The translations under genes were made by a program, and so were the position numbers. From Armatimonadota bacterium (GTDB lineage: Bacteria > Armatimonadota > UBA5829 > JAUSEB01): a DNA stretch of 64,000 nt. Every line of letters starts with the position of its first letter. Positions within the stretch are counted from its first letter, which is position 1. Location of the stretch: contig JAUSGG010000025.1 in assembly GCA_030649165.1 (NCBI GenBank), forward strand, positions 3,967 to 67,966, in the 5' to 3' direction. Positions 1 to 10,528 of this stretch are shown piece after piece. The notes below the pieces were generated by a model, which ran no database searches, was not told where the DNA came from, and saw only the letters and a program-made list of their open reading frames with translations.

Positions 1-1650
1 ATCAAGGGCGCCGGAAGGCAGCTTCTGCCTGAGCCACAAGGCGGCGACGAGCGCGCTGCCTATCAGCACGCCCATAAGCTCATTGCCGATTCCGTAAAAC
101 CTCAGCCCCGTTAGCTGGAAGGCGCCGATAAGCGAGTACGCCGCCAGCCTGCCGCCGGCGAATGAATCAACGACCAAGACGCCGACAGTGACAAGAGCTA
201 TGACGGCCGGCAGGGCCGAAATCGGACAATCGCCATTACAGTCGCCCACGAGCGCCGCCATCAGCGAGATCGCCGCGAGCGACGCCGCGGCCGCCACGGC
301 AACGAATATCCCATAGGTAATGACGTTACTTCCATTGTACAGGCTCCCGATAAGCAACGCCAATGGAAAGACGAGCACAAACGCGATGAGCGCGCGCAGG
401 GCGGCCCTCAGCCACGCGGGCGTTCTCACGCGAAAGGCGAGTATCAGCGAAGATGAGGTGACCGCCAGGGCGATGATTGTGGCCATGACTCCCAGGACCG
501 GCCATTCCGCGCGCGCCTGCAGGCGCACGATGTTGTCCAGCCGCCGCATTTGCGCCATCCGGTCCGCGGGCTTTACCGTTTGGAAAGGCTTGCCGAGCGA
601 TCGAGCGGGAAAGGGGGCGCGGAGAATCGACGCAACCGTAGGGGCCACGTCTACCACGCTCACCAATCCGGGCGTGCGGGTAGTCGCGGAGGAAATCAGG
701 AATGGGTTTTCCGGAACGTTTCCCTGAAGGTTCGACGGCGCGCCGTGATAGACGAGGACGGGCGACAGCCGATCGAGGGCGCCGTCTTCTTCGCGTGACA
801 GGGGCGATACAAGTAGGATGAAGCTCCCGGAGGCGTCAGCCATGTCGAGAAGCCCGCCGATCAACTGGTCGAGGCGACCGATAGAGTCCCGCAGATACCG
901 CGAGCGCGCCTGGGGCGAAAGCCTGGGCGCATATTCCTCAAGACGGCTGGTGTCGCCGAAGTCTATCACTATCAAAGACGACCGGGCCGCGGCGCTGCCC
1001 GCGAGACGCAACAGGAGGGGGACGTCGGTCACTTTACCTGTTGGACTGAGCGGCCGGCTTTTCAATATCCACGAACTGACAACTCCCTCAGGCACGATCC
1101 CCTGAGCGTCCATAGCGAAGGTGACGACCGGCCTTCTCTTTTTGTCGGGCAAATCCGAGTTGCCGAACACGGCCACGCGATTGCCGTTCAGCTTCAACGC
1201 CTCGCCGAGCGCGCCGGGGAATCCCGGCAGTCGTTTGGCCTCGTTGAGGGAAGCCAGGCTGCCGGCAGCGACGTTCACGACCGATCCGACCGGCGCGACG
1301 CGGCCTGTCCGCCGCTGATAGACGATCGAGGCCGGCGCGTCTTCAGTCATCTCCGACCAATCGTAACCCTCGTAAACGTCGGGCGACCCCATCAAACCGG
1401 AGCCCGCGCCCATCGCGACATAGGCGCCCTCAGGTGTGCGCCTGCCGGCCGAGGCCGGGTTTATCAGGCCGATCGCGGACCGCCGAACGAGGCGGGAGAT
1501 GTTCGCGGGAGCGTTCTTGGTGAGGTCGGACAAGGTGAGGCGGTCGGCGACGACCAGGAAGACCTGTTCTTTCGCAAATGCCGGAATGGAGAGAAGCAGG
1601 ATGAGCGCGATTGCCGCACAGATCGGGCGCAAACGGCGGGTATGGTCCAC
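1..1650 (-). CDS. hypothetical membrane protein, 5' end in window and 3' end beyond left edge; N-terminal signal/TM anchor, ~380-aa soluble domain, then polytopic TM region
   Basis: Own minus-strand translation: uninterrupted ORF from GTG at 1650 (or TTG at 1665) down to position 1. It reads VDHTRRLRPICAAIALILLLSIPAFAKEQVFLVVADRLTLSDL...SLIVIDFGDTSRLEEY..., then hydrophobic WPVLGVMATIIALAVTSSSLILAF... Absent from the ORF track because no stop lies in the window. The plus-strand ORFs at 320-1861 are its antisense shadows. Confidence 0.5.
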   Translation of the reverse strand, partial: MDHTRRLRPICAAIALILLLSIPAFAKEQVFLVVADRLTLSDLTKNAPANISRLVRRSAIGLINPASAGRRTPEGAYVAMGAGSGLMGSPDVYEGYDWSEMTEDAPASIVYQRRTGRVAPVGSVVNVAAGSLASLNEAKRLPGFPGALGEALKLNGNRVAVFGNSDLPDKKRRPVVTFAMDAQGIVPEGVVSSWILKSRPLSPTGKVTDVPLLLRLAGSAAARSSLIVIDFGDTSRLEEYAPRLSPQARSRYLRDSIGRLDQLIGGLLDMADASGSFILLVSPLSREEDGALDRLSPVLVYHGAPSNLQGNVPENPFLISSATTRTPGLVSVVDVAPTVASILRAPFPARSLGKPFQTVKPADRMAQMRRLDNIVRLQARAEWPVLGVMATIIALAVTSSSLILAFRVRTPAWLRAALRALIAFVLVFPLALLIGSLYNGSNVITYGIFVAVAAAASLAAISLMAALVGDCNGDCPISALPAVIALVTVGVLVVDSFAGGRLAAYSLIGAFQLTGLRFYGIGNELMGVLIGSALVAALWLRQKLPSGALD

Positions 1651-1667
1651 CAGGGCCGCGGACAAGG

Positions 1668-4319
<2,652 letters not shown>

Positions 4320-4320
4320 A

Positions 4321-5397
4321 CTAGCTGATCCCGCAGGTACCAGAAATCACATAGTCTCTGAACCCAGGGAACTCCTTGTCTATATCGATCCACACTGCTT
4401 GTCGGACGTCCTCATGGCTCCGACAGCCCTCTGGGACATTGCAGGGCGGAAACCTCTCCGCAGAAGGATAGCCCCAGTCACTCTCGGAAAAGAAGGCTTT
4501 GAACTTCTCATTGTGGTACTCCGCTAGCCAGCGGTACTTGTCTACTATTCGGGGTCGGTCCAGATTCTTGCGGATCTGCTGGAGAATCTGGTCCCTGTGG
4601 TCCCTCATGTAATCGCCCTGCCATTTCGACTCGGAGAAGGCCTTTGCAAATTCTAGATAGTCGACGAACAATAGACCGTCAGGAGCTTTCTCTAACAACG
4701 AAGCGGCCTCCACGCGACATCGGTAGTCCGGCTCGATGAATCCTTTGACCTTCTCTGCAACAGCAGGGTCAACCACAATACGCGGGTAGATAGCTTTTTC
4801 CCTCTCGAACTCGAAGGCCTCTACAAGCCCGTGGCTGAATATCATCAAGTCGTTTTCGAAGTGTTTGCCAGTCACGATGCCACCACGTACGAAGAATCCG
4901 CTGTGCGCCATCGCCCACTGCATGAAGGCCAGTTCGTAAAGCATATCATTCAGATGGTCCAATGCACACGAAACGACCACGCAGTCAGAGAACATTCTCA
5001 CAGAAATCGGGCCAGGAAAGTACCTGGGCACGACCTCGGATATTTGTCTGAGTGTTCCGCTGAGATTCGCAATGATATGGCGTGCTCGTGCTAGATCGGA
5101 CTCCGCGTCCTCAATGATTTTCTTGAAGCCGAGTATATCTATGAACGCGACCAAGTGTTCATCGTATGATATCTCCGAGTTTTGCCAAGGGTTCTCAAGA
5201 GCGCGTGTTGCACCCAGCGCGATCGCTGCCTTCACGTGCTCGTCGCTCACACTCGGAAACTCTTTCTGAATCTCACTAGCGGTAGAACCTTCCGCAAGAC
5301 TGGCCAGGACGGTACGTAGAGTCACCCGCGTACCTTTCAGCACGGGCTCGCCTCCGCACACTTTGGCGTCACGCACGATGTAGTCTCTGTAATCCAT
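4321..5397 (-). CDS. DUF433 domain fused to nucleotide-cyclase/GGDEF-like palm domain plus ~130-aa C-terminal region of unknown function
   Basis: The N-terminal 70 aa (MDYRDYIVRDAKVCGGEPVLKGTRVTLRTVL...) are ~85% identical to the stand-alone DUF433 protein at 6454-6699. The following region has palm-domain motifs VAFIDILGFKKIIED (compare DxDhFKxIND / FxDIxGFT), MFSDCVVVS (compare GGDEFvv / iGDa) and FVRGGIVTG (compare RiGihtG). It ends 1 nt before alaS. Confidence 0.6.
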   Translation of the reverse strand: MDYRDYIVRDAKVCGGEPVLKGTRVTLRTVLASLAEGSTASEIQKEFPSVSDEHVKAAIALGATRALENPWQNSEISYDEHLVAFIDILGFKKIIEDAESDLARARHIIANLSGTLRQISEVVPRYFPGPISVRMFSDCVVVSCALDHLNDMLYELAFMQWAMAHSGFFVRGGIVTGKHFENDLMIFSHGLVEAFEFEREKAIYPRIVVDPAVAEKVKGFIEPDYRCRVEAASLLEKAPDGLLFVDYLEFAKAFSESKWQGDYMRDHRDQILQQIRKNLDRPRIVDKYRWLAEYHNEKFKAFFSESDWGYPSAERFPPCNVPEGCRSHEDVRQAVWIDIDKEFPGFRDYVISGTCGIS

Positions 5398-5410
5398 GTG
5401 CCAACTCGAC

Positions 5411-5614
5411 CTAGACCTTGCCGGGGTCTCTCAGTTGTGTGAGCACACTGTCAAAATCCTCCGGCGTTTCCTGTCCGCGCTCGATCTTCGCCAATAGGTC
5501 GTCCAATTCTTCTGTCAGTTTAAGATAAGCCCTATAGCCAATGACCACCGACTTCTTCCGCCCTTTGTCGTCAACTATGTACTGGATACTTCCTGTTCTT
5601 GGCATCAATCTCAC
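5411..5614 (-). CDS. small conserved protein (67 aa), first gene of cassette A; possible antitoxin/adaptor
   Basis: 84% identical to the 67-aa ORF at 6708-6911. It sits 13 nt upstream of the DUF433-fusion gene. Confidence 0.55.
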   Translation of the reverse strand: MRLMPRTGSIQYIVDDKGRKKSVVIGYRAYLKLTEELDDLLAKIERGQETPEDFDSVLTQLRDPGKV

Positions 5615-5638
5615 CTCTCCCGAGCGCCTGTTCTCCCC

Positions 5639-5950
5639 TCACGCCACATACACCCGCTCCAGGTTCTCCAGAATATGCCTTCGACGGATGTAATTTTCGC
5701 TTTGTTCGACTGACTCCCGCTCGACTAGATCGACTTTTCTTCCGAGAAGACCGCTCAGTTCGTCCTCGACGCGCACGAGGTCGAACAGACTGTATCGCGC
5801 ATCCGTAGCGAACGTGACGAGAACATCTACGTCGCTATCCGGCCTGAAATCCTCGCGCAGCACGGAGCCGAACAGCGCAAACTCGGTTATCTTCCAATGC
5901 TTGCAGAAGTCAGCGATCTTCTCATGGTCAACCGGAATGTGTAACGTCAT
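5639..5950 (-). CDS. nucleotidyltransferase (MNT / Pol-beta superfamily), apparently orphan (no HEPN partner)
   Basis: [20 protein letters not shown] motif (GS...DxD NTase). The start is moved to the internal Met MTLHIPVDH, since the upstream 29 codons lie in intergenic repeat. Confidence 0.75.
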   Translation of the reverse strand: MTLHIPVDHEKIADFCKHWKITEFALFGSVLREDFRPDSDVDVLVTFATDARYSLFDLVRVEDELSGLLGRKVDLVERESVEQSENYIRRRHILENLERVYVA

Positions 5951-6085
5951 CACTGTCTCCGTAAGGCGACTTCTAAAACTCACGATTCCTAAGAGAAGGC
6001 TGGTTTCGGCATTTGAAATGCCGAAACACCGGCGCAACTGACCAGTTGTTCTCCGTGCGCTCGTATACGACTACGTAGTCTTTCA

Positions 6086-6457
6086 TCATTCTGCTGCCTG
6101 ACGCGGTTTCCGCACACGCACTTTATGGTCGGTCACTATGATAAAACAACCAGCCCAACTCTCGACGTCCTCCGTGCCGAAGACAGTTTGAAGACGTTCG
6201 CGTAAAGTGATACGGCTCGGTTCGCGCAATCGCACGACCACTATTCCCGAATGAACACCGAATACGAACCGACGCAAGTCCGAGAAATCCATGTCTTGAG
6301 TAACAAACAGCCGACCGGCTTGCTGGGCTGCTGCCCATACTTTCTCATCGTCCGCCCCCTGACAGCCCTCAATGGGAACAGTATCCACATCGTGTCCGAA
6401 GGCGGCAATAACGTCACGAAGGGACGCCGGCAGGTTTTCGTCCAGCTTGATCCTCAT
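6086..6457 (-). CDS. DUF5615 (PIN-like) toxin
   Basis: MRIKLDENLPASLRDVIAAFGHDVDTV...FVTQDMDF is typical of DUF5615. 4-nt ATGA overlap with the upstream DUF433 gene. Confidence 0.8.
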   Translation of the reverse strand: MRIKLDENLPASLRDVIAAFGHDVDTVPIEGCQGADDEKVWAAAQQAGRLFVTQDMDFSDLRRFVFGVHSGIVVVRLREPSRITLRERLQTVFGTEDVESWAGCFIIVTDHKVRVRKPRQAAE

Positions 6458-6699
6458 ACAGCCCCGGGCACTCCCGGCGCCGGAAGATCCTCCTGAGCTG
6501 AAGTCGCCGCAAACGCGATCGCCGCCCGGATGTGATCCTCGTTGAGGGTCGGAAAATCCTGCAGTATCTCGGCTACGGTTGATCCTTCAGCCAGACTCGC
6601 AAGCACAGTGCGCAAGGTTACCCGTGTGCCTTTCAGCACAGGCTGTCCGCCGCATACTTTGGCATCACGCACAATATAGTCTCTGTAGTCCATACGCAA
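6454..6699 (-). CDS. DUF433 antitoxin-like protein
   Basis: MDYRDYIVRDAKVCGGQPVLKGTRVTLRTVLASLAEGST... is a DUF433 signature. Translationally coupled to the DUF5615 gene. Confidence 0.8.
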   Translation of the reverse strand: MRMDYRDYIVRDAKVCGGQPVLKGTRVTLRTVLASLAEGSTVAEILQDFPTLNEDHIRAAIAFAATSAQEDLPAPGVPGAV

Positions 6700-6707
6700 A
6701 CTCGAAT

Positions 6708-6911
6708 CTACACTTTGCCGGGATTTCTCAGTTGTGCGAGGACAGTATCGAAGTCCTCCGGTGTTTCCTGTCCGCGCTCGATCTTCACTAGAAGATCGTC
6801 CAAGTCTTCCATGAGCCTGAGGTACGCCTTATAACTCATCACCACCGATTTCTTCCGGCCTTTGTCGTCGACTATGTATTCGATACTGCCTGTTCTCGGC
6901 ATTAGTCTCAC
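6708..6911 (-). CDS. small conserved protein (67 aa), paralog of 5411-5614; first gene of cassette B
   Basis: MRLMPRTGSIEYIVDDKGRKKSVVMSYKAYLRLMEDLDDL... 8 nt upstream of the DUF433 gene. Confidence 0.55.
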   Translation of the reverse strand: MRLMPRTGSIEYIVDDKGRKKSVVMSYKAYLRLMEDLDDLLVKIERGQETPEDFDTVLAQLRNPGKV

Positions 6912-7045
6912 TTCTGACGACGGTCCAACTCAGAACTCAGCGCTCCTAAGGACAGCCGGTTTCGGGCCGGCGCTGGCTGCCTGCTTCGGCAGCGACGCTG
7001 CCGCTCTGCTACCGAAGGATCGGAAACACAGCTTTTCGATAGAGA

Positions 7046-7074
7046 GGCTTCGGCTTCAAAGAACAAGCCGAAGC
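7046..7074. repeat. hairpin repeat GGCTTCGGCTTCAAAGAACAAGCCGAAGC (10-bp stem); other copies at about 32390-32416, 37581-37610 and 41681-41710
   Basis: Perfect inverted repeat GCTTCGGCTT / AAGCCGAAGC seen at four intergenic sites. Confidence 0.7.
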
Positions 7075-7137
7075 ATCGACACTCAGCGCTCAGAACTCCC
7101 TACTTGCCGGGCCAACTGCCCGGGCTCGCTATCGCTT

Positions 7138-8082
7138 TCAGCAGCTTGAGCCTTCCTGGCTCCTGATGAACATCTCCGTGGTCGCCTGGTCCTTTACGCC
7201 GGTTGTCGCGCCCAATTCAGTTACGCAAAACGCGCCGACCGCGTTTGCGAACTTGCCGGTGCGCTCCAGGTCCCATCCGTTGACCAGGCCCGTGAGGAAT
7301 CCCGCCACGAAGCAGTCTCCCGCGCCAAGAGCGTCAATGGCTCGCACGTCAAACGGCTTTACAGACATTTCCGCCTCGCGGGTCCGTATGTAGCTTCCTT
7401 CCTCGCCCATCTTCAGGGCGACGGTCCCCACGCCCGCGTCGAGGAGCGCTTTGGCTATGTCGGCGGGCGACTTTTTCCCGGTCAGCATTTCGGCCTCAGC
7501 GATGCTCGGCAGGAAGTAGTCTATGTGCGGCAGGCAGGGGGCAAGGACCTTCATCCACTTGCCGGTGGCGTCCCAGCAGGTGTCGAGGCACGTGGTCACG
7601 CCAAGCGACTTCGCTTTTTTCAAGATGTTAGCGGTCGGTTGGCCGTCGATGTTGGGCATGAGGAAGCTGCCGGCCACGTGCAATATGCGGCTCTTGGCGA
7701 CAAGGTCCATGTCCACGTCGTCTTCGACCAAATCCCTGTTCGCGCCGAAGTAATGGAGAAAGCTGCGCTCGCCGTCGCTGTGCACCATCACCATCGTGGC
7801 TGAAGTGTTCGAGCGGTCGCTGCGGACGACTCCGCTGGGGTCGATGCCGTGGCTTTTCAGGCGGGAGATCATGAAGTCGCCGAAACCGTCGTTGCCGACC
7901 TTGCCGATGACGGCGACGTCCACACCGATTTTGGCAAGAGCGATGCCGGTGTTGGCGGCGCAGCCTCCTGTGTGAAGCTCCATTCGATCGACAAGCTCCA
8001 GCTCGCCGCGCCCCGGCCACTTATCGACCGGCTTGCCGACAACGTCGGCCACAAGAATCCCCAGACATACTACGTCGGACAT
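7138..8082 (-). CDS. PfkB-family carbohydrate kinase (ribokinase / 2-keto-3-deoxygluconate kinase-like)
   Basis: 314 aa. N-terminal GILVADVV...GG, and C-terminal DALGAGDCFVAGFL PfkB signature. Confidence 0.9.
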   Translation of the reverse strand: MSDVVCLGILVADVVGKPVDKWPGRGELELVDRMELHTGGCAANTGIALAKIGVDVAVIGKVGNDGFGDFMISRLKSHGIDPSGVVRSDRSNTSATMVMVHSDGERSFLHYFGANRDLVEDDVDMDLVAKSRILHVAGSFLMPNIDGQPTANILKKAKSLGVTTCLDTCWDATGKWMKVLAPCLPHIDYFLPSIAEAEMLTGKKSPADIAKALLDAGVGTVALKMGEEGSYIRTREAEMSVKPFDVRAIDALGAGDCFVAGFLTGLVNGWDLERTGKFANAVGAFCVTELGATTGVKDQATTEMFIRSQEGSSC

Positions 8083-8100
8083 GATGCTGATCCCACCGAG

Positions 8101-8880
8101 TTACCTGTAGTCCCCAATGTGCCAGCCGTGATCTTCGACCACTTCCGGCTCGATCTCCACGAGACCGTACTTTCTGAGCAGTTCTCGCAGCGCCGTGGTC
8201 GAGATGACCGCGACGACTCCCATAAGCAAAAGAGCCATCCCGGGCCCAATGCACAGGATGGTCAGGCAGATTATAACAAAGAAGATGATCGTTGTAAAGA
8301 ACAGGTTGTCCGCCACGAACAGGAACGAACGGTAGATGAGCCTGAACGTGGGAGGTCGCTGTTCCACTAGGAGAGGCCATTGGTACGTGGCCATCATCGC
8401 CCAGAAGACCAGCGCGTAGAGAGCGATGGCCCCGAAGATCAGGAGCGCGAAGTTCTTGCTCGGAACGAACATACCGTAGAAGAAAACCACATCGGTCAGG
8501 GCTACGGCGCTCAAGATCATCTGCGCGGCGGCGAGCTTCCACGCAGGGAGGAGCAGCCTTCGGGCGCCTGCGAGAATATCAGAAAGCGCAGGAGAATCCC
8601 TTTTGGCGATGTTGGCGGCAAGTTGGAAGACGCCTGCCGTGACGGGACCGGTCACGAGGATCGACCAGAGGAGAACGCCCGCAATCCAGACTCCGGCGAG
8701 CGCGCGGGACTTAACGAGCGCGAGGCCCAGGAAGAAGGGAAGCGCCGCCGTCACGAACCAGATAAAACTGGCGGCGGCGACCAGCCCCAGGTTGTCGTAA
8801 ACGTCGCCGGCCGCGCGTTTCAAGGTCTTCCACAGCCGGGGAGCATATTCTGTCGGGGCCGAATCGGCGTTACGCTCCAC
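8101..8880 (-). CDS. polytopic membrane protein, YesL/DUF624-like
   Basis: 259 aa with ~6 hydrophobic helices. Located between the sugar kinase and ADH genes, as YesL-family proteins often are. Confidence 0.45.
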   Translation of the reverse strand: MERNADSAPTEYAPRLWKTLKRAAGDVYDNLGLVAAASFIWFVTAALPFFLGLALVKSRALAGVWIAGVLLWSILVTGPVTAGVFQLAANIAKRDSPALSDILAGARRLLLPAWKLAAAQMILSAVALTDVVFFYGMFVPSKNFALLIFGAIALYALVFWAMMATYQWPLLVEQRPPTFRLIYRSFLFVADNLFFTTIIFFVIICLTILCIGPGMALLLMGVVAVISTTALRELLRKYGLVEIEPEVVEDHGWHIGDYR

Positions 8881-8887
8881 TGTTGTG

Positions 8888-9904
8888 TCAGCCCCCCGGC
8901 TCGATGAGTATTTTGGCCGCTTCGGGCGTGCCGGCCAGGGAAAGCGCCTGGCCGAACTCGTCGAGCCGCAGCCTGTGGCTGATCAGTTTGTCGACCTTGA
9001 CCCTTCCGCCGGCAAGCAGGCTTACGGCGCGCGCGTGGGTGAACGGGTTGATGAACGATCCTCGAATCGTCAGCTCGCGCAGGAATATATCGTACGGCTT
9101 CACGGCGGCCTCCAGCCCGGGGCTCGTGACGCCGAACAGGAGAATCGTGCCGCCGCGCCTGGCGAGCTCGACGGCCTGCTCGGCGGTCCGAACCGAACCG
9201 ACGCACTCGATCACGACGCCCGCGCCTATGCCGGTCGCTTTCAGGACCTCTTCCTTAACGTCCTGGTTGAGCGGATCGATGGCGGCGTCCGCGCCCAGTT
9301 CGAGCGCCAGCCGCCGTCGGGGTTCGTGAGGCTCGCTTACGAGAAGACGCCCGGCGCCGGCAAGCCGCGCCAATTGCATTACGATCAAACCGATCGGACC
9401 GGCCCCGATGATCACGACATCATCGCCGATGGAAATTCCGGCAAGGTCGATGCCGTGCACGCCGCAGGCCAACGGCTCCACCAGGGCGGCCTGCTCCAGT
9501 GGAAGACCGGAGGGCAGCTTGTATGCCTGTTTGGCCGGAACGAGAGAGAACTCCGCAAAGCCTCCGTCCATGTTCACTCCGAGCGCGGTGAGGTCTTCAC
9601 ACAGGTGGATTTGCCCGCGCCGGCAGTAACGGCAAACGCCGCAGGTGATGTTGGGATCGACCGCCGCGTGGTCGCCGACCGCTATGTGCTTTACGTTCTC
9701 TCCGAGCTCCACCACCTCACCGGCGTACTCGTGACCGGGTATTACGGGGAACCGGACGAAATGCTCGCCGTGGAAGATGTGAAGATCGGTGCCGCACACT
9801 CCGCAGGCGTGGACCTTCAGCAGCAGATCGTCCGGCCCTATCCGTGGGATTGGACGGTCTTCGAGAATCCACTCGCCTGGTTGTGGGAAGACGATAGCCT
9901 TCAT
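8888..9904 (-). CDS. Zn-dependent alcohol dehydrogenase (sorbitol / L-threonine dehydrogenase family)
   Basis: 338 aa. GHEYAGEV zinc ligands, CGVCRYCRRGQIHLC structural-Zn motif, GAGPIGL Rossmann fold. Confidence 0.9.
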   Translation of the reverse strand: MKAIVFPQPGEWILEDRPIPRIGPDDLLLKVHACGVCGTDLHIFHGEHFVRFPVIPGHEYAGEVVELGENVKHIAVGDHAAVDPNITCGVCRYCRRGQIHLCEDLTALGVNMDGGFAEFSLVPAKQAYKLPSGLPLEQAALVEPLACGVHGIDLAGISIGDDVVIIGAGPIGLIVMQLARLAGAGRLLVSEPHEPRRRLALELGADAAIDPLNQDVKEEVLKATGIGAGVVIECVGSVRTAEQAVELARRGGTILLFGVTSPGLEAAVKPYDIFLRELTIRGSFINPFTHARAVSLLAGGRVKVDKLISHRLRLDEFGQALSLAGTPEAAKILIEPGG

Positions 9905-9959
9905 GGCGATCCTGGGTTTTGGGTGCGTGTCGAGTCCAGGGGAAGGTTATACGGTGGGG

Positions 9960-10215
9960 GCGGTTTGACCTTCTCGGTGTTCAGGGTGACTGAGTTGAAG
10001 GTTGAAAGTTGAATGAGACCCCACCCCTAGAAGGAGAGGGAGTTCCCCCTCCTCTTAGTTTTTAGCGCATTCGTGATCTTACTGTCCATGATCTGAGTTG
10101 AAGGTTGAAAGCTGAATGTTGAATGAGACCGCACCCCAGCCCTCCCCTAAAAGGAGAGGGAGCTCCCCCTCCTCTTAGGAGGGGGTTAAGGTTAGTATGC
10201 TTCGGGATCGCTTTG
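9960..10215. repeat. cluster of GC-rich nested-hairpin (REP-like) repeats (CCCTCCCC..GGAGAGGGAG..CCCCCTCC type), two tandem copies
   Basis: Nearly identical ~100-bp units at 9985-10075 and 10095-10200, each containing CCTC/GAGG palindromes. Confidence 0.7.
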
Positions 10216-10382
10216 GGAGTGTTCAAGAACCGTCATTCCGAGGAGGAACGACGAGGAATCCGCTTTTTCCGAATGCAAGATCGTGCTCAAAAGCAGATTT
10301 CTCGCTTCGCTCCTAAGGAAGCGCCCCGTTTCGGGATTTCCGGGTTGGGACCGGAAGTTGTCCGCTATAGCATGCGTATGCC

Positions 10383-10500
10383 GCCCAACCCTTTGATCGC
10401 GCGCGATATGCCATCGCGTGCGAAACAGAATGTCGGGATTTCAAATCCTCAAGTTCTATTTCGGGCGTCATTGCAAATAACGCCCGATCAAGAGCATAGC
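10383..10500. repeat. ~110-bp dispersed repeat; second copy at 47762-47880
   Basis: CGCGCGATATGCCATCGCGTG.GAAACAGAATGTCGGGATTTCAAATCC..GTTCT.TTTCGGGCGTCATTGCAAATAACGCCCGATCAAG is shared at >90% identity between the two loci. Confidence 0.75.
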
Positions 10501-10528
10501 GAACTCTGGGCGATCACGAGCATCGCCC

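Noticed and set aside
5639-6037. Full 132-aa track ORF for the MNT nucleotidyltransferase
   Set aside because: The N-terminal 29 codons lie in intergenic DNA. The family-typical start is the internal Met at 5950.
8885-10012. 375-aa plus-strand ORF over the alcohol dehydrogenase gene; similarly 11285-12526, 13826-14953, 17862-18935, 21797-22453, 23124-24473 (-), 26137-27126 (-), 34298-35227, 44372-45556, 46718-47635, 49024-50064, 51013-52506, 60397-61320
   Set aside because: All are antisense or overlapping shadows of well-supported genes on the other strand. They have no recognisable domains and compositionally biased products.
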